A stretch of 63,586 nucleotides of DNA, counting the filler, from Octopus bimaculoides (taxonomy: Eukaryota), in the NCBI RefSeq assembly GCF_001194135.2. It is 7 parts of 6 records of this genome, joined end to end, with 100 filler letters (N's around TTAATTAATTAA, not from the genome) between each part and the next. Parts side by side here need not be neighbours in the genome. Positions count along the whole stretch, not along the records: positions 1 to 19,588 come from NC_068987.1; 6 more parts are not named here. One strand, written 5' to 3'. A program made the position numbers and the translations under genes. Each line of letters starts with the position of its first letter. Within the stretch, counting starts at the first letter, position 1. The notes beneath the pieces are model-generated. The model ran no database searches and had not been told where the DNA came from. It worked only from the letters and a program-made list of their open reading frames with translations. Shown here one piece after another: positions 1 through 14,788 of the stretch.

Positions 1-32
<32 letters not shown>

Positions 33-681
33 CACACACACACACACACAACACACTGTTAATTAACTTAAAAACCAACTTCAGAACCGGATGATATTAC
101 ACAACCATCATTGAAAAATTCTTTGAAAATTCTTTTTCAAAGTTTTCTTGAGATTGGTAATCTTCCAAGAGCTTTGGGAAATTTCCAACCGTTTCACCTA
201 TACACGAGTGGGAAAGCAGAACACAACCGGGTAATTATAAACCCATATCCTTCAGCTCGAATGGAACTAAAATTCTTGAACAAATATTTCGTGCGAAAAT
301 TGTTAGTTATCCGAATAAGAAAAAAAAAAGAGAAAAAAATTCACTATTATTTATTGAACATGGTTTTCGTATTGGACAAAGATTGTTTAATACCTCGTAA
401 ACTTCTATTGTGTTGAAACGTTGAATTCTCTTTAATAGTTTTATGCATTTAGTTTCTATTTATTTAGATTTTTCCCTCGATCTTTTCTTGTTTTGTTTTT
501 TTTCTTTTCCGTTCTTTTGTAGACAAAGTTAGCCATAGAAATATTTACCATAAACTGAAACAGCTTGGTCTTCTGGTTTCCTGAAAAACAAGCGGCAGAT
601 GAATGGAGATCTTATCAATCTAATTGCTTTGTTGCTTTTTGTACAACAGCTGGTCACAAGGATTGTTTTCCTATATCCCCA

Positions 682-738
<57 letters not shown>

Positions 739-1349
739 TATGAAGCCTCATCATGACTGAATTAACAATGAATGTGACCTTTGCAGATGAATCCTAAGCA
801 GTAGCAGAGACAGATACAACGAATACTAATGAAGTACCGTAATGAGACATTTAATCAACGTTCAACTGGTCATAGACTAATAAGTCCAAATCAACAAAGG
901 AGATGGTGGGGAGAATAACGTTCATAAAATAACTGCCAAACACTTGCAATTATACGCCCACTAATGCGTACAACGATGAGCTTCTAAGTGATTGTTCAAT
1001 GTGCTAAAAATAGCAACCACATTTCGCTTAATCACACCATAACCTCTTGGAAAATAACAGGAGAAATTCGATACCATTTTCGGAACACACGAGTTGGTAT
1101 GTATAAGCAAAATAAGACAAGGTAGAAAATGCTAAACTAATTTTATCATGAAGAACACTTTTCACTCATTTCTGATACTCTCTTCTGTGAAGTGGACAGC
1201 CTCTTTCTGGGGATAAGAGGTTGTTTCTTTCAGGCTGCAGAGCCATTCAGCTACAGTATTATGTTGTTCTCGCTTACTCCATATCTTACCCCAGAACTGC
1301 CGACTTTCATCAGCATCAGGAACTAATCTGCCTCACACCATATCATCAT

Positions 1350-1980
<631 letters not shown>

Positions 1981-2714
1981 CTTATTATTGTTATCATTAA
2001 TATTGTTGTTGTTGTTGTTGCTTGCGTTTTCTAATGTGCACTGCAATAACCGATACAGATATAATTCTGCAACATAGTATGCATTCAAATCGTAGTTTAA
2101 TAAATATTTATAATTCTTAATCGTTAGCATAGGTTTAAACTAAAATTGTTGTACGTCGCATTGGCATTCAATTTACTTTCAGTTCTATTTTTACGCTTCG
2201 TGTTTCATGAGGTCCATTTCGCTGATGTATATAACTTTGTTCAATTTATACATCTTCCATTTGTCCTCCGGCAGCAAAAACTTTTTGCAAGTGTTTTTTA
2301 ATATACACCCAGCTTGCAGAAAGTCGTAGGTATTCTTGATATATAGTATTTATTTTTTCATACATTTGCCTTGAGTTATTTTTAATTCCGTTAAATTACA
2401 TAATATTATATTAATTTATCTTGCTCTAAGCTATGTGTTTAATGAGCTCTTTGGTAGATTTATGCAAAATAAAATTCATTCTTGTTATATTTTGAGACAT
2501 AATTATAATTTATAACTCCAAGTATTGGTTAAAATTATACTTGGTAGAGTATTTTGCTCTAGATTGTCTACGCTTGAAGAGAAGAAATTTATAATCACAG
2601 AGATTTCAACTTCAAAATTATAAGTTCTGTGGTTTGTGTAGTATTTATTGAAGTCAAATATCCTTAATGCCTTGTCTGGTAGGAAATTTTTTGTTTTGAT
2701 AGCTTTTTATCGTT

Positions 2715-2890
2715 TAGAATTTATGTGTTTCAGTCATTGGACTGTGCCTGTGCTGCAGCAACCACTTAAAAGTGTTTTAGTCGAACGGATCGAACACAGC
2801 TTTTATTGTTTTTTTTGCCGAACCGCTATGTTACGAGGATGTAAAAAAACCAACACCGCTAGTCAGCTCGTGGCGGGAACACAACTGCAA
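2715..2890 (-). mobile_element. tRNA-derived SINE family 2, 3' half
   Basis: Reverse complement of the 3' part of the full copy at 62467-62880. Confidence 0.7.
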
Positions 2891-2954
2891 AACACACACA
2901 TAAACACTTACACACACGTGCGCACATATTCATGTCTAAATATAAGTTTGTGTG

Positions 2955-3336
2955 CGGAGGCGCAATGGCCTAGTGGTTAGGGCAGCGGACTCATGGTCTT
3001 AGGATCGCGGTTTCGATTCCCAGACCGGACGTTGTGAGTGTTTATTGAGCGAAAGCACCCAAAGTTTTACGAGGCTCCGGCAGGGGGTAGCGGTGAACCC
3101 TGTTGTACTCTTTCACCACAACTTCCTCTCACTCTTTCTTCCTGTTTCTGTTGTACCTGTATTTCAAAGGGCCAGCCTTGTCACACTCTGTGTCATACTG
3201 AATCTCCCCAAGAACTACGTGAAGGGTACACGTGTCTGTAGAATGCTCAACCACTTGCACGTTAATTTCACGAGCAAGCTGTTCCGTTGATGGGATCAAC
3301 TGGAACACTCGTCGTCGTAACCGACGGAGTGCCAAC
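2955..3336 (+). mobile_element. tRNA-derived SINE family 3, full-length copy
   Basis: A-box-like TGGCCTAGTGG and B-box-like GTTTCGATTCC, followed by about 300 nt of non-tRNA body ending GTCGTAACCGACGGAGTGCC, an ending shared with 22558-22805. Confidence 0.8.
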
Positions 3337-3519
3337 AGTGTATGTACATTTGTACACACGATTTCTAATTTCCTTCAATACATTTCACTCTCATGTCTCT
3401 GTTCAGCACGGGACTACAGAAAAAGACACTAGCCCAAGGTGCCACTCCGTGTGACTGAACACGGTGCCTTGTGGTTAGAAGGCAAGACTGCACCTATTAA
3501 GTTGTTAAAATAGAGACCT

Positions 3520-3745
3520 ATGAATATGAATTCTTAGTCTGGATATAGAAGCTGGAGGTTTCGAAGCAGTTGTCCATAGATATCCTCTTTTACTTTGATT
3601 TTCAAAGAGATATTTACATTTACAGAGCAGCTAACTTCTATGATGGTACATACCTTTGCCCCTCTGTCCCAAACAACAATATCCAGCCTGTTATGCTTAC
3701 ATTTGACAGACGTTTTGATAGGAATATTCCACCAGTATTCCATGT
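3520..3745 (-). mobile_element. R4/NeSL-type LINE restriction-like endonuclease (RLE) fragment
   Basis: EYWWNIPIKTSVKCKHNRLDIVVWD...IIEVSC...KEDIYGQLLRNLQLLYPD, a (P)D..E/D-x-K type RLE motif; near-identical family copy at 10445-10700. Confidence 0.8.
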
Positions 3746-4670
3746 CTGTCTGACTGTCTGTCTGTATGTCTGTCTGTCTGTATGTATGTATGTATGTATG
3801 TATGTATATATGTATGTATGTATGTACGTATGTACGTATGTATTTATGTATGTATGTATGTATGTATGTATGTATGTATGTATGTATGTATGTATGCATA
3901 ACTTAGAACGTAATCGCATTGGGTGATTATTATGTATCCAAGCTTGGCGAACATTACAACTGTAAACACTTTGTTGATGTGAGTGATTAATTGCTGACGG
4001 AGAAATCGGCTACTATGTCTAGCTCCTAACGTCTGTCATTGACAAAGCAAAAGGTGTCCAAAATCACATGTGCTGCCAGTCTCGGCGTCTATAGTGTACG
4101 GCTATCGCCCGCCAGCGATATGGACGTGTGGGGCTTTTATACACCACAAGTCCACATGAGTGTTTTTTCTCGGGGTAAATAACGCAGTGTTCAGTTTTCT
4201 AACACAACATCCACTTTATGTCGAGATATATATAACGCTCTTGATGTATTTATTTTTCTGATTTCCAAACTTGAAAGACAAGAACTATATTGACATAATT
4301 TCATGCTATGAACATCCTATCTTCGCCTTATCAATCAGACACGTTATTTCAATTTTTATGACATGGCATTATTTGCAAGAGAGTCGCCTACGAGTTATAG
4401 CAGATCGATCAACTTTCTATCAATGGACTCTAGCTAAGACAAGCTTCTCTCCCTTAGTCTCACTCTGTATTGCCACTAAAGACCTATCGATAAAGGCATT
4501 CCAACCATTGTTAATCTTGTTTGGTATTCACATACTGTATTTGCTATAAGTTCTATGGTATCGTTTGAGAGAATACTAACTGGAATTTCGAGCAGCTTCA
4601 GCCTACATTGTGAGACACTTACTTCAGCACGTGATTACAAAATGTTATCATGTGTTAAATATTTATTTAA

Positions 4671-4885
4671 GGCGGTGAGCTGGCAGAATTGGTAGCACGC
4701 CGGGCGACATACTTAGCGGTGTTTCGTCTGCTGCTACGTTCTGTGTTCAAATTTCGCAGAGGTAGACATCGCCTTTCATCCTTTCGATTTCGATAAAATA
4801 AACAGTGAAACACTGGGGTCGATGTAATCGTGTAGTGCCCACCACCAAAATTTCAGGCCTTGTCCCTTTAGAAGAAAGGATTATT
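4671..4885 (+). mobile_element. tRNA-derived SINE family 1 (tail type A, ends in ATT)
   Basis: Head GGCGGTGAGCTGGCAGAA...GTTCAAAT (A/B boxes), tail TTTCAGGCCTTGTCCC...GAAAGGATTATT; homologous copies at 20674 and 25906. Confidence 0.8.
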
Positions 4886-5834
4886 TTTCTATTCATTTAT
4901 AGGATACAGTATTCGAAACCAGTTCCAGTCACAAATTGTATTATATCTTTTCGGAAGTTTTCTTCCATATATCTTTGCATGTATTCGTATACCCTTTGTA
5001 CAGTACGCAATGTCACAACGTCTATAAGCCATAGAATAGATTCTTATATGATTTACATTTATCTATCTGTCTGTCTATCTCCATGTCTATTTTTTGTCTG
5101 TTTGTTTATCTATCTCTCTGTCTATCTATCAATCTATCAAACTATCAAATGTGAAGCTTTACCTTATCGTTCATTTCTGTGTTTTCTAAAACACCATCTG
5201 AGGTAAACGGTGCACCCGTAGAACGGCGAAAACGCTTGGGGGAATATATACGCGTATTCAAACATTTTTTGCTGACCACCCTCGATGACATAACTCTAGA
5301 TACTAGAATCAAATGCAACCAGCATTCATGCATCCTCTAAAGCACATACATAGAAACACACGGACAATAACTCACTCATTCACGCATGTAGATGTATATA
5401 TGTGCGAGTATTCAAATAAACCTTCTAAAACCACTCGTATACCTTTTAAACTTACTTTACTGTCGTAAACTTAAAAGTATTACGATCTTTTATATAGTTA
5501 TACTTCGAGAGTCTAGTTTATTGTGAGTTCGTCAGTATAAAAAGGATCACAAATTTTCTATTATTGTTTTCATTTTTCTCGTTTCACATTTCATAATAGC
5601 AGAAGTATATTTTCATCTCAAATCTATAGCCGTTGTACTGAAACTGTATTTTTTTACGAAATGTTACTGAAAGTTCTGTAAGATTAGAAAGGATGGCTTA
5701 CATTTAATATACGTTTTAATGTACATGTACAAGTAGACAATGCAGCCCCTTGATTTCCAAACATTCATTTCCTCATTCAAACTCTATTTCTTTGAAGATA
5801 TATAAATATGCATGGACGTTTGTGTGCGTGTGTG

Positions 5835-5877
<43 letters not shown>

Positions 5878-5961
5878 TTGATGGAATTGTGAATGCAAGA
5901 TTGTATATATGTACACACACATATACATATATATAAACACACACACAAATGTATATATATG

Positions 5962-5995
<34 letters not shown>

Positions 5996-7309
5996 NNNNN
6001 NNNNNNNNNNNNNNNNNNNNNNNNNNNNNNNNNNNNNNNNNNNNNNNNNNNNNNNNNNNNNNNNNNNNNNNNNNNNNNNNNNNNNNNNNNNNNNNNNNNN
6101 NNNNNNNNNNNNNNNNNNNNNNNNNNNNNNNNNNNNNNNNNNNNNNNNNNNNNNNNNNNNNNNNNNNNNNNNNNNNNNNNNNNNNNNNNNNNNNNNNNNN
6201 NNNNNNNNNNNNNNNNNNNNNNNNNNNNNNNNNNNNNNNNNNNNNNNNNNNNNNNNNNNNNNNNNNNNNNNNNNNNNNNNNNNNNNNNNNNNNNNNNNNN
6301 NNNNNNNNNNNNNNNNNNNNNNNNNNNNNNNNNNNNGTGTGTGTGTGTGTGTGTGTGTGTGTAGTTGATGGAATTGTGAATGCAAGATTGTATATATGTA
6401 CACACACATATACATATATATAAACACACACACAAATGTATATATATGTATATATATATATATGTATATATATATATGTGTGTATGTATATACATATCTT
6501 TACGCACATAAAACCATGCACTCACAATTCCATCACCCATACACATGCAATTATATACCACATGCACGCATACGAACACGTACACTCTTGCGTGCGCGTT
6601 TACACTGTATGTATGAGCATGTGTTAGTGTTTTCAATAGAAAACGACATTACATATATTTCACGAATATTTAGTGCACCTAAACTTGCACGGCTCGCTGC
6701 ACACATCAGCGGGTTAAAAGTAATAACGATTAGAACCTCCTTTGAACCCGTTGATGAGTGTAGCCGAGTACGAAACAGAGGTTAAAACTAAAATCTAGGT
6801 ATGTGTTTGTAATGATGTTAAATGATATAAACATATTATCGACTACACACGCTTCATAAACAACGATGTATTGAGCTCTTTATTTTGCACCATAAGCTTA
6901 TACTTACAAACATACACTTACACAAAGAAACACATGCTCCCACACGTATATACATATGCTCATATATTTACATAAAATGTATATATATAAATATATGTGT
7001 GTGTGCGCGTGTGTGTGTGTGTGTTGGTATTTATGTATATGTATGTAGATATCTATGTAGATATGAATTTTATATATGTATATATATGTATATTGTATAT
7101 GTATATATATACATATAAATATATATANNNNNNNNNNNNNNNNNNNNNNNNNNNNNNNNNNNNNNNNNNNNNNNNNNNNNNNNNNNNNNNNNNNNNNNNN
7201 NNNNNNNNNNNNNNNNNNNNNNNNNNNNNNNNNNNNNNNNNNNNNNNNNNNNNNNNNNNNNNNNNNNNNNNNNNNNNNNNNNNNNNNNNNNNNNNNNNNN
7301 NNNNNNNNN

Positions 7310-7346
<37 letters not shown>

Positions 7347-8218
7347 TACCTATAAATATATGTATACACACACACATATATACATATACATATACGCATA
7401 TATAAGTTAACTCTCATTTTCTTGTCTATGTACCTGTCGAGATGTCTATGTGCATGTATGTTGGAAGGATATGATGTCACATGTCAGTATACATTGTGAA
7501 AAGAAGAACTCAATGCGTAACTTAAAGTATAAACTTTACAACGAACTATTCCATGCGCTAGAGCATGTATATTAATATACACTTCTTTCAGCCCCACTGT
7601 CACATTAGTCAATAGAATAAACACCACCGTCTACTTTTAGAAACTTGACCACTATGTCTTATTATTCTTCCCTCTCTTTTTGAGGTTTACTACCCACTGT
7701 AGTAACCCACTATAGTATTATTTTCTGTACCTATCCCTCCAACTCAGGAACATATCACTTCACCTCCCACTCCTCACACATATTCATTCCTTACATTCTC
7801 ATCTCTTCCTATCCCTCCCTACTCTTCTCCCATCTCCCTCATAAAATGTTGACCACCAAGTAACACACCCTTTTTTTTTCCTTTTCTCTTTTTTTCTTCT
7901 TTCTTCACCTTTTCATTTTAACATACACATCTTTAATACTACCAGACTCCTTTCAATGAGCAGCACATGGAATTTACGTCTCCACACTTTCCATTTTTAA
8001 TGACATAATATGAACTCCTATCGGTATTCACATACCGTGGACAACAAGCATTTCTAGCTCTTCTACACACCGCTTTCTTTGGGTAATGGAACTGCAACTA
8101 TAACATCCTACATATATTTTTATTTTTACTTTTCTTCATAGTCCTTATTTACATCCTTTCTCAAAATAACTCCTTACATTGAACTCTAATATTACCCGCT
8201 ATGTAACCATCACACATC

Positions 8219-8266
8219 GTCTCCCATGATGGGATATCCCTAATATCCCAGAAACAGCTGTAAGAC
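8219..8266 (+). ncRNA. Decayed minimal type I hammerhead ribozyme motif in Penelope-like terminal sequence
   Basis: Stem I GTCT/AGAC, 8-bp stem II TGGGATAT/ATATCCCA, GAAA-C-AGCT-G-TA; core reads CCCATGA instead of CTGANGA. Confidence 0.55.
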
Positions 8267-8460
8267 TAACTTTATCTTTATAAATGTCCTGAAAAAGCCT
8301 TGGCTTTGTTGTCACATATTACTTAACACACATGCGTTTAAACGCATATTTTCTTGAACGAAATCCTGCTTTTAATAAGGGTATAAACAAAATGAATACT
8401 TCAAATATGTGACATCGGCAGCTTTACATTATTAGAACTGTTTTTACTTCAGAATATCAT

Positions 8461-8526
<66 letters not shown>

Positions 8527-9007
8527 GTCTGTATGTCTGTCTGTCTGTATGTCTATCTACTACACACACACATATAGACATATGTATGTATGTATGTATG
8601 TATGTATATATATATATATATATATATACATACACACACACATATATATGTATATATATATATATACATATATAATAATATATACATNNNNNNNNNNNNN
8701 NNNNNNNNNNNNNNNNNNNNNNNNNNNNNNNNNNNNNNNNNNNNNNNNNNNNNNNNNNNNNNNNNNNNNNNNNNNNNNNNNNNNNNNNNNNNNNNNNNNN
8801 NNNNNNNNNNNNNNNNNNNNNNNNNNNNNNNNNNNNNNNNNNNNNNNNNNNNNNNNNNNNNNNNNNNNNNNNNNNNNNNNNNNNNNNNNNNNNNNNNNNN
8901 NNNNNNNNNNNNNNNNNNNNNNNNNNNNNNNNNNNNNNNNNNNNNNNNNNNNNNNNNNNNNNNNNNNNNNNNNNNNNNNNNNNNNNNNNNNNNNNNNNNN
9001 NNNNNNN

Positions 9008-9042
<35 letters not shown>

Positions 9043-9627
9043 TCCTTCATTTTCTCCCTCACACGAAGATAGACATACACAAATATAACATACACATGCA
9101 CACATGCGTACGCACGCAAACACATGCACGTGCAAGAAACCAATGTTTCTCTCTACATCATGTGATTCCGAAATGTCACAAAATTTTCATTGATATCTTC
9201 AAATACATGACTTTCATAAGAAAATAAAGTGTATATTCAGTCCTGCTGTTTCACATATCCATTATATCCTTCGTTGCATATTACAATGTGCACCATGTAT
9301 ACCCGGGAAACATCGCTTACTAAAGAAAACATTCGTTTTAGCGTGTAGCTTTTAAACACACCCTCTTTTATATTATTCCTGTTAGCGGTTTTCGATTTTA
9401 TTCTTTGGAATATGAAATATTCAGAAAGTGCAAAAAAATAGTTTTAATTTTGGAAGAAATGAGATGTTTGGTGGGGAAGGGGTGCTAGTTGTTTTTTGTT
9501 TTTATCTTTTTCTTGTTTGGTGTTTGGAATTTTGAAATATTCTTTCTCCTTCAATTTGCACATCTGATGACTAGCATTGGGGGATTTACCGATTTAATAT
9601 TTGTTTATTGCGTTCATGTGTGTGTGT

Positions 9628-9687
<60 letters not shown>

Positions 9688-10189
9688 TGTATTGTAATTA
9701 ATATTTCTCTACTTTTCTTCTTTAACCGAACTCGCACCGTTCCTTTCACGTTCGCTTATTTCAGTTCCTAATTTACTTCCGTGTAATAACGTTCACACTC
9801 AGACCCTTTTATTCACATCTATTACACTCTGCACATGTCTTCAACAATCCTTTTGCCTTCCACTCGCACTTTCTTCCACCCCCTCACATCTGCACTACCT
9901 TCATGCTTACACAACAAACATCATCCCACCCCGCCCCGATAAACTACTCCACAATAATTCGTCACATGCAATATTTACGCGCATAAACCCAACTAAAGTC
10001 GCATGTGCCACGTTCTCATTTACCCATCTTCAAAAGCGATTACTCTCCTATATTTGCAGATATATACCTACAACTCCCTTTTCTTAACTCTCCTATCGGA
10101 ACGACATTCTAACTCATTTCTAACTCCTTGACATTTTTTCTTTCTCTTTCACCAACTTGTACTTCTCATGAAACTCATGCTTTTCTTTT

Positions 10190-10800
10190 CTTCTAGTGAA
10201 AGACTTACGCCCGAATCGTCGGTTTCCAACAAAGATACCAGGCTCCATCTTTGGGATGTAGTTAACACTGACAAATTCACATTTGGAACTTGAGAAAAGT
10301 CTTCCATATTCTTAGTCTTCCACTCACAGATTGGACTTGTAATGTACAAATCAGTAATGTACTGGTCATTTTCTCTTTCTGAAAATCCCAGTTTATCCAG
10401 AAACTCCTTTATGTATTTAGTAACAAAGACTAGTGCTCCAATTATTATTGGTATGAATATGAATTCATAGTCTGGATATAGAAGCTGGAGGTTTCGAAGC
10501 AGTTGTCCATAGATAACCTCTTTTTCTTTGCATTTCAAAGAGATATTCATATCTGCAGGGCAGCTGGCCTCTATGAAGGTACATACCGTTTCCTCTCTGT
10601 CCCAAACAACAATCTCCGACCTGTTATGCTTACATTTGACAAACTTTTTGATGGGAATATTCCACCAGTATTCCTTGAGTTGGTGTTTATGAATGTATTT
10701 CGAAGTTTATTTCAGGAAGTCTTTTTGGCGGATGACATTGTAAATTGTTTTAGCAACAAAATCGTGCCACAAAGGGAGGTAATACAGTAAGGACATTTTA
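10190..10800 (-). mobile_element. R4/NeSL-type LINE 3' fragment (RLE + 3' UTR)
   Basis: ...KEKEVIYGQLLRNLQLLYPDYEFIFIPIIIGALVFVTK...; same family as 3520-3745. Confidence 0.85.
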
Positions 10801-10984
10801 GAACAGCTGTATGTGTGTATGTACATATACCTATACATATGTATGTATGTATGTAAATATGTATTATGTAATTATGTATGTATGTATTGTTGAATGGATG
10901 TATGGATGAATGTTTGTGTTTATTCTTTTCTGTTTTTAGTCATTTATATTCTTCCTTTGAAGAAAGAGAGGGTTTCCAACACAG

Positions 10985-11232
10985 ATACAAAAGGCCATCG
11001 TTAAAATGTAGATAACGAATACAATGTTCCGCTTTAAACCTGAGCAAATCCTTGCAGAGCTTTACTGTTTTACTTACTGCTAGTATTTGTAGTGTACCAG
11101 TCACTCTGGTTGATTTTTCTTTCTGAAAATCCAAGATTATCCAGCCTGACAAGTTAGGAGTTCACTTACAAAAAAACAGTGCACCAATATTGTTGGTATA
11201 AATGTAAACTTGTAATCTGGATATAGAAGCTG
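10985..11232 (-). mobile_element. Older R4-type LINE 3' fragment
   Basis: Diverged paralogue of 10290-10500 (CTGGATATAGAAGCTG, GTGCACCAAT = IGAL, TTTCTGAAAATCC). Confidence 0.55.
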
Positions 11233-11417
11233 TATGTATGTGTGTATGTATGTGAACATACATGTATGTATATAAGTATGTTTGGTTGTGTATATGCATG
11301 TATTTGTGTATATTTATTTTAATTATAAAAATGTCAAATTTCACTAAATATTACTGGAACTTCTATATTGCTGGAGATAAGATATATGATTGCAGATATA
11401 AAGATACATACAGGTAT

Positions 11418-11463
<46 letters not shown>

Positions 11464-11619
11464 TAGATACACATGGGCCGATAAGTCGGTAGGTAGGTAG
11501 GTAGAGAGGTAGGTAGAGAATTTGTAAAGTAGGTACGTACGTACGTACGTACGTATATGCGTACGTACGTATATGCGTACGTACGTAGTAAAGCAGATTA
11601 GAAGATATGTAAGTAGGTG

Positions 11620-11654
<35 letters not shown>

Positions 11655-11674
11655 TGATAGATAGATAGATAGAC

Positions 11675-11719
<45 letters not shown>

Positions 11720-12226
11720 TTTCCAATCTATATCAAAACACACGTATCAACAGATACATGAGAGTACGAGAGAAAACTAGAGAGAGGGAAAGAGAGATAG
11801 AACGAAAGCAAGGAGGAAAGAATGAACGAGAGAAAGAGAGAAAGAAAAGGATTGGGAGATATTTATAAAGATACATTGATAGAGTTCTGTAGCTTATTTA
11901 CTTTCCATATTAATATACAATATATCATTTTTCAAGAGATTTTGCAGAATGTCAGATAGCATACTATAACATATGAGATACAACTTGGTATTTGAAACTA
12001 AATTTCGAAACTATATTTCTGGAAGATATGCCACATACACAACCTCTCTAAGTAACTTTTAGATGCGTTCCCTGATACGCTTATGCATACATACATACAT
12101 ACATACATACATACATACCTACCCGTACGTAGAGTTTCCCTCTTCGATCTAACTTCTATACAGACGCTTATGTGCCTCTGAGCATGTACATACACACACA
12201 CACGCACACACACACACACACACACA

Positions 12227-12266
<40 letters not shown>

Positions 12267-12422
12267 CATATATATTCATATACACAGATACATGTACAAA
12301 TTTATACTCACATGTGCATAGATGTGCAATTTAGATGGTTAGATAAGGAGATATATTATGTTTGTTCAGATTCTTATGTGTGCGTGTGAATGCGCGAATC
12401 AGCGTCTTGGAAAGTGTGTGTG

Positions 12423-12474
<52 letters not shown>

Positions 12475-13128
12475 TGTGTGTGTGTGTGTGTCTGTGTCTG
12501 TGTCTGTGTCTGTTGAAATCCCTTTGTACCGTGAAGTTAGTTACATGCATGTTCAATTACATTAAGCAGTCATATACATATTCTACTTTTTTGAAATATA
12601 TTTACATATTTTTATTTTCAATATTTTACATTATGTTACATACTAGCTTATTGAATGGTAAATATANNNNNNNNNNNNNNNNNNNNNNNNNNNNNNNNNN
12701 NNNNNNNNNNNNNNNNNNNNNNNNNNNNNNNNNNNNNNNNNNNNNNNNNNNNNNNNNNNNNNNNNNNNNNNNNNNNNNNNNNNNNNNNNNNNNNNNNNNN
12801 NNNNNNNNNNNNNNNNNNNNNNNNNNNNNNNNNNNNNNNNNNNNNNNNNNNNNNNNNNNNNNNNNNNNNNNNNNNNNNNNNNNNNNNNNNNNNNNNNNNN
12901 NNNNNNNNNNNNNNNNNNNNNNNNNNNNNNNNNNNNNNNNNNNNNNNNNNNNNNNNNNNNNNNNNNNNNNNNNNNNNNNNNNNNNNNNNNNNNNNNNNNN
13001 NNNNNNNNNNNNNNNNNNNNNNNNNNNNNNNNNNNNNNNNNNNNNNNNNNNNNNNNNNNNNNNNNNNNNNNNNNNNNNNNNNNNNNNNNNNNNNNNNNNN
13101 NNNNNNNNNNNNNNNNNNNNNNNNNNNN

Positions 13129-13175
<47 letters not shown>

Positions 13176-13737
13176 AAATAAAATGTGCTATGCGGGTACA
13201 ATTTTTTTTCCAACATTTTACTGAACGATAGATATGAGAAAATATCAGATGTAATCTGAGATTTGTAACCAAATCTGAACATACTTTGGCTATAATTTGA
13301 TAAATATCATTGCATATCTTACAGACGGTAGATGATATCCACATATACAACCCTCATACATATTACATTTCACCAACACACACGCGGATGCGCACTGAAA
13401 CACACACACAAGGTATATACATAAGGATACATACTCACACACAAATATATATATATATAATTTCGCATACAAATAAAATGCTTATGTGTATCCACTTGCA
13501 CACATACACAGAAATATGTCTAATGTATAAGTACGTATGTATATGTGTTTGTATATATATATATATATTATAAAGCTATTGCTTGAACTAGTGGCTGAGT
13601 CGCAGTGCAATCGCAGAGCAATCCATGATTAAATATCTCACGTAGATGAAATGAAATGTACTCACTACCTTCATGTGCTTTTATCTAATACATATCTTTA
13701 TCATCACATCTATGCATATGTTTATAAATACACATAT

Positions 13738-13831
<94 letters not shown>

Positions 13832-14594
13832 TTATGTATGCGTGAGTTTATATATACGTGTGTGCATGGAAATTCTGAGATATATATGTGTAGAGATATG
13901 CATACGTATGTCCATTATTTAGTTTTATTCGTATAATATAGTGCACTGTATTTCTATCGTGTAATAAAATAGATTCATTTTTCGTTGTCTTTTTCTTGAT
14001 CGTAGTAGAAGTAGTTAATTATTGTATTATGTGACTTCACGCGTGTAAATCCGCTGGAATCTATGATTCTCTATTCTATTTTATTTAAGAGAAATGATTG
14101 TCTTTTTCTCCCAGAATAGTTATTAATTTCTAATATAAAACATGGAGTGAAAATTGAGATCGTGTGATAATTCAGTGAAATTTTATTGTAAAGGCTGTGT
14201 TAGTTACCTCCATAATAAACAAATCAACTTTTGCTTAGATAGATTGGCCCTCATTAAATTGATAATACACTAACTTTTGTTAAATCGTCTAACCAGCTAC
14301 TCTAAACTAATAATGATGTAAATGAACGTTCCTAAAATAGGCAACGGGCCAAAAATTTAGTCAGATGGGTAGTCGATTAAATCGAACCAATATTTGGCTG
14401 GTAATTTACTTGATCCACTGCAAAAGGATGAAAGTTCTGCTGGATTCTGAAGATTTAAGCGCACAACGCAAATTACTAACACAAATACCACGACGCACTC
14501 GTCGTTCTGCGCCAACGATTTTTCTGTGAATCAAACACTCTCTATATGTGTAATAATAATTAATAATGTTACTATTGTTATCATCACTTCAAAC

Positions 14595-14788
14595 TTCGGC
14601 ACAGGGCCAGCGGAGAGTTTTTGAAGGGATGGGGAAGACAATTACATCTAACCCAGTACTTGACTAGTAGTTGTTTCATCGACCCTGGAAGAATAAAAAG
14701 ACAAATCGACCTCAGTGGTATTTGAGTTAAAGAACGTAAAAACGGATGAAATGCTGTTTAATGTTTCACTCGGCGTGCTAACGTTTCT
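14595..14788 (-). mobile_element. Old SINE family 1 copy
   Basis: Degenerate reverse complement of 4671-4885. Confidence 0.6.

Noticed and set aside
111-416. 101-aa ORF with possible splice sites near 86 and 231
   Set aside because: No recognisable motif in any frame, weak polypyrimidine tract, length within chance expectation
2565-2625. TTGAAGA-GAAG...CTTC-AAAA hammerhead-like skeleton
   Set aside because: Both core halves mutated and no stem I; too degenerate to support
2955-3030. tRNA-like heads as tRNA genes (also 4671, 50241, 62467)
   Set aside because: No full cloverleaf or terminator; each continues into a shared SINE body
4617-4670. Strong minus-strand donor GAA|GTAAGT at 4623
   Set aside because: No acceptor or promoter evidence in the 47 nt before the SINE; likely chance
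5875-6462. About 100-bp unique sequence duplicated on both sides of an N gap
   Set aside because: Typical unmerged contig overlap; cannot be called a tandem duplication without reads
5773-9143. Long ORFs rich in HT/YI/CV or X (and many similar ORFs elsewhere)
   Set aside because: Translations of dinucleotide/tetranucleotide repeats and N gaps
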